DNA of 64,000 bases, taken from the sequence record PQ741806.1; one strand, written 5' to 3'. Of the stretch, positions 32,106 through 49,588 are shown one piece after another (the first letter of the stretch is position 1; every line of letters begins with the position of its first letter). The notes under the pieces were generated by a model. That model did no database searches, was not told where the DNA came from, and was given only the letters and a program-made list of their open reading frames with translations. The translations under genes and the position numbers were made by a program.

Positions 32106-33494
32106 TTATGGAATTACCCAGCCACCTTGTGAACGGAAACACACGTAGTTAGGAGTATAATCAACGAAAATCAATCCGTTACCAGCTGCCTGGATTTTCT
32201 GTTCTTTAATAGTAAAGAATACAGTAGATCCAATAGGCCATGTATCTAGATTAGTAAAGTTAGTTCTACAGAAATCTAATGCTGCCTGCACGGATGGTTG
32301 TAATCCTAGTGCATAAAACTTTAACTTAACCGGAAATGAATACTCTGTGGCTAATTGATCAAAGTGTGTAAAAATACCATTCCCACGGAGTGGTGCTTTC
32401 CATTGTCCCATTGCCCCGGAACCAATCCGATTTATATTGATGACATTACTCTGGCCATCGCCAGCTGTAAAGTTCACGTCTGTGTCAAAGTTCTTACGCA
32501 TCCACCAAATAAGATCGCTATAACCCATTAAAGTAGCAGTTGGTTGCCCTTTAGGTTTATAATAAACCATATTAGTATTAGCTACTGTATCAGTCTTTAA
32601 ATATTTACCAGTAATTCGTGAATCAAAATCACTTTTCAAATACGACTGTACATGCGTATTTTTGACTTTATGTGGATTATCACGGCGAGCTATGTGGGCA
32701 TTAAGTGGTTTTATAGCTATTTCATCTAATACGCCATATGCTAACTGCGGTGTTAGATAATGTGCATTAGATTGACCTAGTTGAGCAATGGCTGGAGTAG
32801 CCAATGGAAAGTTATTAACTAAACCTAGTTCAACATTAGTTGGGGTAATCTTGTGTGGATTAGCTTTATCTTGAATATGTTTTTCTAGGCGATCATTAAA
32901 TTTCTTTAAGAACTCATCATAAATCTCTTTAACTTTACTACGGTATTCATCTTCACCGCTTGTATCACCAGCCATGAGTGCCTGTGTTATCCACTCCATC
33001 TCGTTATTATAAGGCTGATACGTATCAAGATGCCATCGTTCGCCAACTAACTCACCGTCTTTCCAATATGGTTCGTTACCAGTGTAGTCGAGATCTTTTG
33101 GCTTTGGCTTACCATTTGTTTTCCACCAGTTAATATAATCGTCGATAACTGTGAAACTAAACGCTAGATCACCGCCTACCATGTGAGCTGAAGTATACAC
33201 TATTGGTGTACTAGGTGTTTTTAAGAAAACAATTGCTGAACATATTTCTTGACCGACATACGCACTAGCATCTTTGTGATAATAAGTAACAATATAATCA
33301 ATATCTTTAACTAAACGATTATATTTACCATCATAAACTTCTAACCCTTTTGTATAGAATCCACCATGATATAACTTGATGATTCTATAGTCGAATCCCT
33401 GATACTGAACTAGAGTATGAGGCTCGCTACCAATGAAACAATCTGGATTTGTACCTAATGGATCAAATGGTAATTGTAAAATAGGATTATACAT
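32106..33494 (-). CDS. Tail fibre family protein (gp133-like)
   Basis: LPFDPLGTNP N-terminus; NPH repeats. Confidence 0.8.
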   Translation of the reverse strand: MYNPILQLPFDPLGTNPDCFIGSEPHTLVQYQGFDYRIIKLYHGGFYTKGLEVYDGKYNRLVKDIDYIVTYYHKDASAYVGQEICSAIVFLKTPSTPIVYTSAHMVGGDLAFSFTVIDDYINWWKTNGKPKPKDLDYTGNEPYWKDGELVGERWHLDTYQPYNNEMEWITQALMAGDTSGEDEYRSKVKEIYDEFLKKFNDRLEKHIQDKANPHKITPTNVELGLVNNFPLATPAIAQLGQSNAHYLTPQLAYGVLDEIAIKPLNAHIARRDNPHKVKNTHVQSYLKSDFDSRITGKYLKTDTVANTNMVYYKPKGQPTATLMGYSDLIWWMRKNFDTDVNFTAGDGQSNVININRIGSGAMGQWKAPLRGNGIFTHFDQLATEYSFPVKLKFYALGLQPSVQAALDFCRTNFTNLDTWPIGSTVFFTIKEQKIQAAGNGLIFVDYTPNYVCFRSQGGWVIP

Positions 33495-33523
33495 AAGAAA
33501 TACCTTTTAACTGAAACAGCAAA

Positions 33524-33552
33524 AAGAGACACAGCTTTTGGCTGTGTCTCTT
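33524..33552 (-). terminator. Hairpin terminator/attenuator inside the fibre cluster
   Basis: aagagacacagc-ttttg-gctgtgtctctt. Confidence 0.7.
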
Positions 33553-33568
33553 ATGCCGGGTCAGATGT

Positions 33569-33901
33569 TTATAGACGGTCTGCTGCGTCATTAAATAATT
33601 TCGCAAGTGGACCGTATATGTGCACTCGATTATAATCATCTGTCCGTTTAGGAGTCATGTACGTAGTGTTATTGAAACCTTCTTGTGCACGCTTCTTAGT
33701 AGCTGGACGATAGTTAGCCACATTACCAAGACCAATATCCGATGGTTGCAGATTATGTGGGTTACCTCTAGCTGCAATATGCCCATTGATCCTATTAATA
33801 ACGGCTATGAATTTATTAAGGACTGCCTTAGTAAATAAGCCTTGATTACTAATAGAAGCATTTATTTGAGCATCCATCTCTTGACGTGTAACTTCTGCCA
33901 T
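33569..33901 (-). CDS. Small NPH-repeat fibre-family protein (gp132-like)
   Basis: HIAARGNPHNLQPSDIGLGNVANY, close to a gp131 repeat. Confidence 0.75.
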   Translation of the reverse strand: MAEVTRQEMDAQINASISNQGLFTKAVLNKFIAVINRINGHIAARGNPHNLQPSDIGLGNVANYRPATKKRAQEGFNNTTYMTPKRTDDYNRVHIYGPLAKLFNDAADRL

Positions 33902-33913
33902 TTTTAAATCCTC

Positions 33914-36229
33914 TTATGGACCAGTGGGTGGAGTTGGTTCAATATGTTTCACACGTGTACCCCTGCCATTCCATAATAAGGAGTTATCAGGTGAATCTCC
34001 CCAGAACATGACTTGATTCAAAGTATTTACTGTCACAGTGAAATTATGCCCTGCTGCCAATTGAATATATGGTCCAGCATGGTCATCTACGTCACATTGT
34101 CCATTATCGTTATTTCCGAAGAAAGCGATTTGGCCATCACCATACATCACTGTGTAATGTGTGTACAATCCTGATACACCACCAATTGGGTTACTATTTA
34201 CATTAGCAGTTACATCGTTACCACGTCCATCAAACCATAATGGCGAGATAACCATAAAGGATGTATCATTACCATTGCGGATGATTTCCATGACATGTAC
34301 TTTACTAGATTCAGATGTATAATCTTCAGGAGCAACTAATGGATCTATTGAATGCATGATGATGTGGGTGCAACCAATTGACATTGAATCAATAACATGA
34401 TTCAATGGTTTAATTGTGTTGTTAACAAAATCATTAAAAGCACTAATGAAGCTTGGGATACCATAAGCTGTATATACATAGTCAGCACTGCTAGCTGGAC
34501 CTATGTTTACAACAACTGTCATTTCACCAGGATAGGTGTCTTCAGTATTGGTAAATATAGCCCATGGTTTATTAGCAGCAGGTACTAATAGTTCAGATGT
34601 ACCACCTTTAACACAACGATAAAGATCTTGGTGCTCAAAGATTGCTGATTCACCTGTTGAACTAAAGATGAACTTACCTGTTAACATATACAGAGATGTT
34701 TTATTCGCCCAGATACTTGAAGGAATATTTCCATCTATAGGTGCAGTCCATTCTACTGGAATTGGTATCATCTCATCGACTTTAGTTTCATCGATACATG
34801 CTGACTTGGCTACACCATTCTCTACCCAATACTGACCATATCGGTGAGATACCCAGGATTCCTGAGCATATCCTAAACGCTCTGGTATAACAGCATAAGG
34901 GTTAGCTGGCGATTTAGGATGAACTACACAGTCATCTCTGACAATTGTACAATCCCACCAACTATTAAATCCAGCATAAGCATGGAAACCTGCCGTGACA
35001 CCTTGAATTAATTCCATTCGGTCATATTCACTAGTATCATCCACAATAACTGGTAATGTATCTATCTTTAATTGTACATCATCCCAGTTAGCGTTATAGC
35101 CGGCTGCCATCCTTTCAATATCACCGAATGATGGGAATTCATCTTTCCATTGCTCAGGTGTTAATCCACCAAAGGTAGAAGCATCACCACCACCTAGTCC
35201 TGCCAGTAGTTGATCAACTTGTGTTTTAGTATATGCATTAACCTGGTCGGCAGTTACAACGTGTGGGTTATTTTCATTACTAATATGTTGATTAAGTTTC
35301 TCTTCTAGTTCATTAATTCTAGAAGCATCACCAATCTGACTATAGAGAATAGATGCAGTATAAGGTGTTAATAATACCGAATCATTAGTTACGTCTACCG
35401 CAGTAGTTGGTGTTGCAGCTGGGTAGTTAGGAACATTACCTAAATTAATATCAGCTGCTGTTAGACCGTGTACGTTACCCCTAGCCGCTATGTGGGCATT
35501 AAGCGGATTTACGGCAAACTTATTAACTAATGCTAATGTACCACGTGGGTTCGTAAATAGATCATTACGATTAGCATCTAAATGCTGTTGATCACTTGCC
35601 ATTGCATAGTTTGGAACTAGTGACAAGCCAACTTGTGCTTTAGTTACCCTGTGTGGGTTATTATAATCATGAATATGTTGGTCAGTTGTACCGGCAGCCG
35701 CAGCACGGATAGCTTCTATAATCCCTTCGATACCTTCAAGAATCTCTTTACTACCTACTAATGAATCAATAGGTTGATTGTGTTCTAAAGGTGGGAAAGA
35801 AGCAGGTAATGGACCAATTGCACCCCATGACCGAATCAAGGGGTTATACTGTTTGCGTGCAAGCTCAGCCAGGATCTGCTGATTACTAAATCCCCATTGC
35901 CCACCTATTGTACGATAATCCATACCAATCATAGCGTTTATCGAACGCTTCATGATACGTATAGATCCAGCGATAGGTCTACCTATCGATTCCATAGCTT
36001 CAATAAACCAATGCCCAATAAGGTAATCAACACCTTCTACATAAGTCTGATTGGTCAGTGGGTTAAATAGTCGTAATGAATCTACAAAGAAAGGTGCAGC
36101 AAATGGTATAATGAAATAATAATCATCACCATCTGGTACCTGGAGAGTTTGGCGCTCACCTTTAATAAAGTTCTGGGGATTTGTTCCATTGGGGTCGAAT
36201 GGATATAACCCAGTTTCACCGTGGGCCAT
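33914..36229 (-). CDS. gp131: Tail fibre/baseplate protein gp131 with C-terminal beta-propeller
   Basis: 771 aa; NPH repeats; RCC1-like C-terminal blades (FFGNNDNGQ..., IQLAAGHNFTV...FWGD). Confidence 0.85.
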   Translation of the reverse strand: MAHGETGLYPFDPNGTNPQNFIKGERQTLQVPDGDDYYFIIPFAAPFFVDSLRLFNPLTNQTYVEGVDYLIGHWFIEAMESIGRPIAGSIRIMKRSINAMIGMDYRTIGGQWGFSNQQILAELARKQYNPLIRSWGAIGPLPASFPPLEHNQPIDSLVGSKEILEGIEGIIEAIRAAAAGTTDQHIHDYNNPHRVTKAQVGLSLVPNYAMASDQQHLDANRNDLFTNPRGTLALVNKFAVNPLNAHIAARGNVHGLTAADINLGNVPNYPAATPTTAVDVTNDSVLLTPYTASILYSQIGDASRINELEEKLNQHISNENNPHVVTADQVNAYTKTQVDQLLAGLGGGDASTFGGLTPEQWKDEFPSFGDIERMAAGYNANWDDVQLKIDTLPVIVDDTSEYDRMELIQGVTAGFHAYAGFNSWWDCTIVRDDCVVHPKSPANPYAVIPERLGYAQESWVSHRYGQYWVENGVAKSACIDETKVDEMIPIPVEWTAPIDGNIPSSIWANKTSLYMLTGKFIFSSTGESAIFEHQDLYRCVKGGTSELLVPAANKPWAIFTNTEDTYPGEMTVVVNIGPASSADYVYTAYGIPSFISAFNDFVNNTIKPLNHVIDSMSIGCTHIIMHSIDPLVAPEDYTSESSKVHVMEIIRNGNDTSFMVISPLWFDGRGNDVTANVNSNPIGGVSGLYTHYTVMYGDGQIAFFGNNDNGQCDVDDHAGPYIQLAAGHNFTVTVNTLNQVMFWGDSPDNSLLWNGRGTRVKHIEPTPPTGP

Positions 36230-36323
36230 GGTTGCCCTCCTTTAATAAAACGCTATTGCGCAATTTGTTAGCGTAATGATGTGAAATTCACATAGGATTG
36301 TCCAATCATTCCATGGAGACTAA

Positions 36324-37610
<1,287 letters not shown>

Positions 37611-37613
37611 CGT

Positions 37614-37645
37614 CATAAGCCCTCCCGTAATGGGAGGGCATTATG
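37614..37645. terminator. Bidirectional hairpin terminator with CATAA/ATTATG flanks
   Basis: gccctccc-gtaat-gggagggc between convergent genes; near reverse-complement copy of the 2845 element. Confidence 0.8.
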
Positions 37646-37656
37646 TTGTTTAGAAA

Positions 37657-40350
<2,694 letters not shown>

Positions 40351-40370
40351 CTAAATTTTAAAGTGAGTAA

Positions 40371-42551
<2,181 letters not shown>

Positions 42552-42558
42552 GGAGCGA

Positions 42559-43434
<876 letters not shown>

Positions 43435-43442
43435 GGTGTGTA

Positions 43443-43886
43443 ATGGCTGATACAAGAGCTGAATTAGTAGCTGCTTGGAATGTGGCTAATAAACCTAAAG
43501 ATAATAATGGTAAGCCTAGGGATTTAACTGTTGATGATGTTGAATTTATAGGGACTGATACATTCTTAGCAACTGGTACAAATGCCAAAACAACAATGAG
43601 AGCGAAGACCAGTTCACTTTATTTTAAAGGTGAGACAGTTATTTACTTTAATAGACGCTCTTTACCAGAGTACTGTCTTGGTATAAAAGTACCGGGTAAA
43701 CCAACTGACTATACTGATAATTTAGAAGTAGCTGAAAAATTAAGAGATGTTTACGGTATTCCATTTATTATAGATGAGATACAACCGCAACCTATTACTG
43801 GGAATACGGTTACGATACATCCATACTTTAATAACTTGTCGTGGATACCAACAATACCAGTAACTCTTGAATTTGAAAGCAGTTAA
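43443..43886 (+). CDS. Virion protein, YxRLD-related (gp126-like)
   Basis: 147 aa; IYFNRRSL. Confidence 0.62.
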   Translation: MADTRAELVAAWNVANKPKDNNGKPRDLTVDDVEFIGTDTFLATGTNAKTTMRAKTSSLYFKGETVIYFNRRSLPEYCLGIKVPGKPTDYTDNLEVAEKLRDVYGIPFIIDEIQPQPITGNTVTIHPYFNNLSWIPTIPVTLEFESS

Positions 43887-43907
43887 ATAAAAAAAAATAA
43901 AGACATA

Positions 43908-43931
43908 GCCCCTCTCCATGCGGAGAGGGGT
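43908..43931. terminator. Bidirectional hairpin terminator
   Basis: cccctctcc-atgc-ggagagggg between convergent genes, with cata/ttatg flanks. Confidence 0.75.
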
Positions 43932-43950
43932 TTATGCCATTACTTAATTA

Positions 43951-44583
43951 TTACCATTCAACCTTAAATTCACCGCATTTAAATGACAGTTTATTAGATC
44001 GATGATCTCGCCCAAACCAACATCCTTCCTTGGTAACTGCATCTGCGATTTGTGGTTTAACCATATTGTTTTTGTATGATTCACGAAGTGCAGTATATAG
44101 GGCTTTATGACATGTTTCGAAGAATACCTTATTAATAGGATTCTTATCATTAACTCGTGCTAGTGAATGTTTATCAAGAAGAGTGTGCATTCCAATTGAA
44201 TACTTCTGGATAGTTTCTAGATCTTTCTTAAGCGCCCAGATACCATAAGTTACTTTTAGAGAAGTATTAGCTTTGGTTGATGGAATAAATGCTGATGGGT
44301 CATCAATCATTGGTGCTAATTGCTCAGTGGAATATGGATTATAAGAAAGATATTGTTGGCCATCCCAAATATACATATCCATTGTATCTTGAACGACATA
44401 TAGAACTAGAACTTTACCATTTGCCGGTAGATCACATTTTGTATTTACTTCTACAGTGTCATTAAAATCTGGTTTATAGTTACTATAACTATTCATCAAT
44501 ACCACATCATCGAATAGTCCTGCCATATTCACCGTATTTTTGTTTAGTAATTCTTTAAAGAATTTATTCATTTTAGCTAGCAT
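43951..44583 (-). CDS. Hypothetical protein (gp125-like)
   Basis: 210 aa; RBS aaggag. Confidence 0.65.
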   Translation of the reverse strand: MLAKMNKFFKELLNKNTVNMAGLFDDVVLMNSYSNYKPDFNDTVEVNTKCDLPANGKVLVLYVVQDTMDMYIWDGQQYLSYNPYSTEQLAPMIDDPSAFIPSTKANTSLKVTYGIWALKKDLETIQKYSIGMHTLLDKHSLARVNDKNPINKVFFETCHKALYTALRESYKNNMVKPQIADAVTKEGCWFGRDHRSNKLSFKCGEFKVEW

Positions 44584-44635
44584 TGTATTACTCCTTTTTT
44601 ACAATATTTGATTAAACTATACATTACTCATAAAT

Positions 44636-44657
44636 AAGCCCCTCCGAAGAGGGGCTT
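44636..44657 (-). terminator. Hairpin terminator
   Basis: aagcccctc-cgaa-gaggggctt. Confidence 0.75.
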
Positions 44658-44663
44658 TCATGC

Positions 44664-46829
44664 TTATTTGATAAGCTTAAGTAGAACAGCATTATCAACA
44701 AGAGCGCCACGAATAACTTGTAGATAAGATCCATCAGCAGTGATAATGTACATTTTGTGGGTACGTGCATCATCTGAATCTTTAGAGCTATTTAGACGCT
44801 TTGCCATTCCCATGATTACTTGAGTAATCTTAGGTTCAGTAAGTTTACTGATAAGCACTGCTTTCTCGGTATAAATATTTAGGCAGGATAGTTCCTCAAG
44901 GCGCCAGCCAGTTTGGAAACGCACTGATAGATCTAGAATAGAATTACCTTCTTCTGGATCAATATTAACACACATACTCCGTCCAACAATAAACGGAATA
45001 CTAGCGGTAAATTTATCAGCTACTGACTTACCCTTCTTACCGATCAGATATGCGATAAGGTCACCGATATCTTCACAGAAGTCATCAATGGTTACCTTCT
45101 GACTCATTGAATCAGCCAGGAACTCATTAACTGCACTGGTGAGCCTTTCAACTAGGAACCGATAGTAGCGTTGAGCCAGCTTACCATCTAGCATTAGTTG
45201 CTTAAGGCGCTTTGCAATTAGATGCGGATCGGGTTCTTTTCGAATATCCTCGATCTCATACATGACTTCAGTTGAAGCATCAAATGGATGGGATGATGCT
45301 GCGCGATACTCATGTGCTGGAACTACATCATCTTCGCTTAGCTCAAGTGCTTCACGAACTGCATTGAGTGCACCAGCTTCTGCTTCAAGATTATTTGCAC
45401 AAGCAATATAACCTTCTAGGATAACTGGATCATGTTCACGATTATCAGTTAACCCAGCATCATTTGGTGAAAACTCTTCGGCTACTTCTTTAACCGGTTT
45501 GGCATCACCCATAATGGTAGATAGCTTATAACTGGTTGCAGTACGCGCACCACCACCACGATGTGCTTGACGACGGAGATCATCTTGAAGCTCATGCTTT
45601 AGATAATCCATTTCCATGTGATTCTCCCACTTACGATATACTTCATGTACAGTGTTATCAGGCCATTTAGCAAGGAAGCGACAATATACTGCCGGATCCA
45701 TTAGGATGCTGTATGGATTAGCTGAACTAGCAGTACGTACCCAATCAGGTTTATCTGCAACTAGATGAGCAGGTCGGATTTCAATGCCACCTGGATTATA
45801 GATAACATCCATCGGACGATCTTTATTAATTACAAATCCATTGGGTACATAATAGTTCGGATCGAATACGAGTTCTTTCACATCTTGAGGGATGGGTAGA
45901 TCCGTATTATCATTAGTTACAGTATTTGCATTTTGTTGTAGTTCAGGTAGAATCATTACATCACCTCCACCAGGGATTGTATCATAACTACTATTTGGAG
46001 ATACTTCAACAGTGGCACCCCAAGAGTCTTTAGGTTGCATGACTGGTTTGTTTTCCAGGAAAGGAGAAGAACCAGGTACGTCATATGCAGCATTTGCAAT
46101 TGATGGACCAGTGTCATGATTAGTTGTTGGTGTATATGCCCCTGGAATGTTCAGCTGCGGATTAGCCATGGTAGCCGGTTGACCATAGGTCTGTTGGATA
46201 CCTGCGTTAATTGGAGGTAGTTGTGAACTCATGCCAGGACGACCCATTGCTGCACCCATCCCAGGGAAACTTCCAGGCTGTACACCAGGTTGTTGATATC
46301 CACCCTGCATCATGGTGTTACCACCCATACGCATCTTTTGGATATCTGATTCAATCTGCCCGATTACACCAAGTGCCTGTTGGATATTCGGCATTAGATG
46401 TTGAACTAGACTTTGTAGCTGCGGGAAGGTTTGAGCACATTTACCAACAAAACCAGACCATACTAGAGATGCAGCTTGCTGCATTGCCTGCTGTGGGTTA
46501 TTCACCATTTGACGATGAATAAATAGAAACTCTAGAAAGTCAATAACTTTCTGAGCCCACTGCTGATAATAGTTATTCTGAAAACCATTACTAGATAGCA
46601 GATTATACGCAAATGCATGAAGCTGGGTGGTAGTAGCAGCATTTTGAGCATTCAGCCGGAACAGCCCAATTACACCATTGAAATATGGTTGTAGTTGAGG
46701 ATGTTGTTGATGTGGTGATAACTGTAGCGGTAGGCTAAACAGATAATTCCCATTAGGTAGGTTAGGATCGAAAGTACTGGTATCTACACTCTCAAAATCG
46801 ACAGGTAGATTGTACTGTGCATAGTTCAT
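44664..46829 (-). CDS. Conserved protein with Q/G/M/P-rich low-complexity region (gp124-like)
   Basis: 721 aa; MMQGGYQQPGVQPGSFPGMGAAMGRPGM... tract. Confidence 0.7.
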   Translation of the reverse strand: MNYAQYNLPVDFESVDTSTFDPNLPNGNYLFSLPLQLSPHQQHPQLQPYFNGVIGLFRLNAQNAATTTQLHAFAYNLLSSNGFQNNYYQQWAQKVIDFLEFLFIHRQMVNNPQQAMQQAASLVWSGFVGKCAQTFPQLQSLVQHLMPNIQQALGVIGQIESDIQKMRMGGNTMMQGGYQQPGVQPGSFPGMGAAMGRPGMSSQLPPINAGIQQTYGQPATMANPQLNIPGAYTPTTNHDTGPSIANAAYDVPGSSPFLENKPVMQPKDSWGATVEVSPNSSYDTIPGGGDVMILPELQQNANTVTNDNTDLPIPQDVKELVFDPNYYVPNGFVINKDRPMDVIYNPGGIEIRPAHLVADKPDWVRTASSANPYSILMDPAVYCRFLAKWPDNTVHEVYRKWENHMEMDYLKHELQDDLRRQAHRGGGARTATSYKLSTIMGDAKPVKEVAEEFSPNDAGLTDNREHDPVILEGYIACANNLEAEAGALNAVREALELSEDDVVPAHEYRAASSHPFDASTEVMYEIEDIRKEPDPHLIAKRLKQLMLDGKLAQRYYRFLVERLTSAVNEFLADSMSQKVTIDDFCEDIGDLIAYLIGKKGKSVADKFTASIPFIVGRSMCVNIDPEEGNSILDLSVRFQTGWRLEELSCLNIYTEKAVLISKLTEPKITQVIMGMAKRLNSSKDSDDARTHKMYIITADGSYLQVIRGALVDNAVLLKLIK

Positions 46830-46864
46830 GTGAATAATACCTATTAAGTAGTTAAAGATTTAAT

Positions 46865-48496
46865 TTATTTTGCACGGAACATTAATTGAGCGTTGTCAAT
46901 TATTTCACGCACTTCTTCACGACGTTCAACTAGTCCAGTTGGACCCACTTTGGTATACATATTAAGCCTACCTCGACCATCCGGGTTGTTCTTAGGTTGG
47001 TTTTTATATTGACCTACCTCAGCAATAGATGCGTGAATAATCCTAGATGAGTCATTGATTAGAGACTTATTATGAGCCTTAGCTGTTTTAGCGCGATCCT
47101 GTGTAACTAGGATAGATGTCCCTTTAATCAACATACTGGAGTTTGGATTACTCATTGTATCGAGTTCACCATGGTCCACTGTTAATCGTTTAATAGCTGT
47201 CTGTAGTTTAAAAGAACGTTTTAAACCTTCGTTTAGCTCTTGTACAGTCCATTCACGATCACGCCTAGACTGGAACATATAACCAAACATACTTACAGCA
47301 TAGTTAAACTCTGACATCAAGTAATGCAGTACTGTTAACCTTTTACCATACATACTAGTTTCATCAATATCAGTAGCATAAAGATGATGAGCCAAACTAG
47401 TCATGATCTCGTAAAGAAGTTCCCAAATAGTACTTACATTGACACCAACTGTTTTAAGTTCTTCAATAGTCATTTCGTCTAGTGAATTACAGAAACTGTG
47501 TAGGTGTGAATCAATGTTTTCCTCTACTTTACCTTGGTGCTCAAAATCACCAAACACCATGTGACCTAGGATAACACGCCATAAGTTGGTACTATCTACA
47601 TATTCAGGTCGAGTAAACCGCATTGGAAATGCATCGACCACATACCAGAAACCAGCGATAAGTCGTGTGGCAAAAATAGATTCTTGATGACGAGGTATAA
47701 CAAGAACCATTTCACCGGTGGGATGTTTGCCTTTTAATGTTGCACTGGAATAAATATTCCACTTTTCACGTGGATATTCTTCTTCAGGAAAATCAGACAG
47801 CAGTCCACACTTAACATCTACATTAGCCCATTGTTTGAAAGTTTGAGTTACTCCAAACTGACAGAAGAAATAATGAGCTAAACATGACTCAATATGTGGT
47901 CGATTATCCAGATCTCGTTTAGTACGCTTAGCCATTTCATTGTGAATCTGTGACCAGATCACATACATGATTTTACGCTGACCATTGCACATGTAATGGT
48001 GGTCAGTTTGTTTAAAGGTTAGCTTAGTACGACGAAACGGGATGAAGATGCTATCATTAAGTACAGAGAACCCAACATCAGTTAATACTGGTGAACCGAT
48101 ATATTTCGCACCATTGATAGTTACCATATTGCCTCTCTTAAAAGCTGGTAACAACATTGGACGAGGATAAAGCATTTCCCCTTTATAACTAAACATTAGG
48201 TCAATCATGTACATGTCAGTTGGAGCAATATTGGCAATACGCTTAGCATTATATTCCCGAGTAATCTCTTCAAAATGCTTAAGCGGTGTACATGCACGAT
48301 TGCCTTCATATTTGAAGCCATCGGGAAATAGAACTGAACTGATATCAAATAAAGAATCAATATAACGCCTGGTCATATTAACACCAGTATTTGGATCACG
48401 AGTCATGGTGTGTTCGACTGTGATACCATTTGCTAGTGTTGGATTCATGCAAGGCGTATTTTCACGAATCTTTTCAATTAGAAATGGATCCGGCAT
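46865..48496 (-). CDS. gp123: Non-virion RNA polymerase beta-like subunit gp123
   Basis: 543 aa; recognised sequence/size and position in the gp121-124 operon next to the MCP gene. Confidence 0.85.
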   Translation of the reverse strand: MPDPFLIEKIRENTPCMNPTLANGITVEHTMTRDPNTGVNMTRRYIDSLFDISSVLFPDGFKYEGNRACTPLKHFEEITREYNAKRIANIAPTDMYMIDLMFSYKGEMLYPRPMLLPAFKRGNMVTINGAKYIGSPVLTDVGFSVLNDSIFIPFRRTKLTFKQTDHHYMCNGQRKIMYVIWSQIHNEMAKRTKRDLDNRPHIESCLAHYFFCQFGVTQTFKQWANVDVKCGLLSDFPEEEYPREKWNIYSSATLKGKHPTGEMVLVIPRHQESIFATRLIAGFWYVVDAFPMRFTRPEYVDSTNLWRVILGHMVFGDFEHQGKVEENIDSHLHSFCNSLDEMTIEELKTVGVNVSTIWELLYEIMTSLAHHLYATDIDETSMYGKRLTVLHYLMSEFNYAVSMFGYMFQSRRDREWTVQELNEGLKRSFKLQTAIKRLTVDHGELDTMSNPNSSMLIKGTSILVTQDRAKTAKAHNKSLINDSSRIIHASIAEVGQYKNQPKNNPDGRGRLNMYTKVGPTGLVERREEVREIIDNAQLMFRAK

Positions 48497-48505
48497 TATA
48501 AACTC

Positions 48506-49588
48506 CTAAACTTTTGGCAAAATTAAATCCATCAGTGAACCTACAATTTTAATGGATGATACTAGATCAGAGGCAATGGAGTTTAGATCACCCCATTTTA
48601 GACCATGAATCAATACAACATCTTTTGGTTTGAATTCTTTATCAAACGTACCAGCTGCTTTTTCCTGGGCTTCCCTTTCCTTAATATCAGCCGCTGTTAA
48701 GAGTGCAGTCTTAAGACGTTCAATAACTTTCTTATCTTTAATTCCAACCATTGCAGCAGCTTCTTCATGTGTTCTAAAGAAACCATTTTCATGGAACTGT
48801 TCAGGAGGTATTACATATCTCTTTTCGCCATTATGACTAATACATCCATGCTTACCACGGATATTAACAATAAGACCAGGATCTAATGATGGATTGTAGA
48901 TTGACTCAATGGCCATAATTCTGCCAGCCATTACATAAAACAATTTATCTGGTTTATTGATGTCAGTATTATACGTTAAAGAATATGTTTCATTCCATAC
49001 TTGATTAGAAAGTGCTTCTTCTTCTGGACTAAGTCCGCTGTAACCAGGAGGACTAATATTTCTATTTGGATAAAATTCAAAATACTGACTATACTCAGTT
49101 TTAAATACTTGGATACCTAAACTCTGAATCCAACCACCATGATACTGATCTACTAGTTTTGATAAGTCAATTGAATACCAAATAGTAATCTCAGATAGCT
49201 GGTTATTAAACTGATCGAATGTCTGTCGACTAAATGACTGAATATATTCTAACATTTCCTCAGGTGTAAAACCTGGAATAGATTTAGCCATAACTTCATA
49301 GTTAAAACTATCATCACCACTCCATCGGTAAATGACCTTAACTACTAGTCTATTAGACATTACATACTTACGGGATGTCCCAATATTGATAGCGTGACCA
49401 GATGAATCGACTACAGTAATACGATGAAATGATTCATTCCGATACTCAACAAAACGTGAGACAGGGAGATTCCAATTAGCGTATGGATCACCCTTAGTGT
49501 ATGCAGTTCCCGATTTCTTATCATACGGGTGATCGATAGTAGGCTTAACTGATACTTGAGTAAGCCCCGCAATTTTTAGTGTTACCAT
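48506..49588 (-). CDS. Hypothetical protein (gp122-like)
   Basis: 360-aa ORF. Confidence 0.65.
   Translation of the reverse strand: MVTLKIAGLTQVSVKPTIDHPYDKKSGTAYTKGDPYANWNLPVSRFVEYRNESFHRITVVDSSGHAINIGTSRKYVMSNRLVVKVIYRWSGDDSFNYEVMAKSIPGFTPEEMLEYIQSFSRQTFDQFNNQLSEITIWYSIDLSKLVDQYHGGWIQSLGIQVFKTEYSQYFEFYPNRNISPPGYSGLSPEEEALSNQVWNETYSLTYNTDINKPDKLFYVMAGRIMAIESIYNPSLDPGLIVNIRGKHGCISHNGEKRYVIPPEQFHENGFFRTHEEAAAMVGIKDKKVIERLKTALLTAADIKEREAQEKAAGTFDKEFKPKDVVLIHGLKWGDLNSIASDLVSSIKIVGSLMDLILPKV

Noticed and set aside
46211-46522. 103-aa plus-strand ORF within gp124
   Set aside because: Antisense to the low-complexity region of gp124; no RBS
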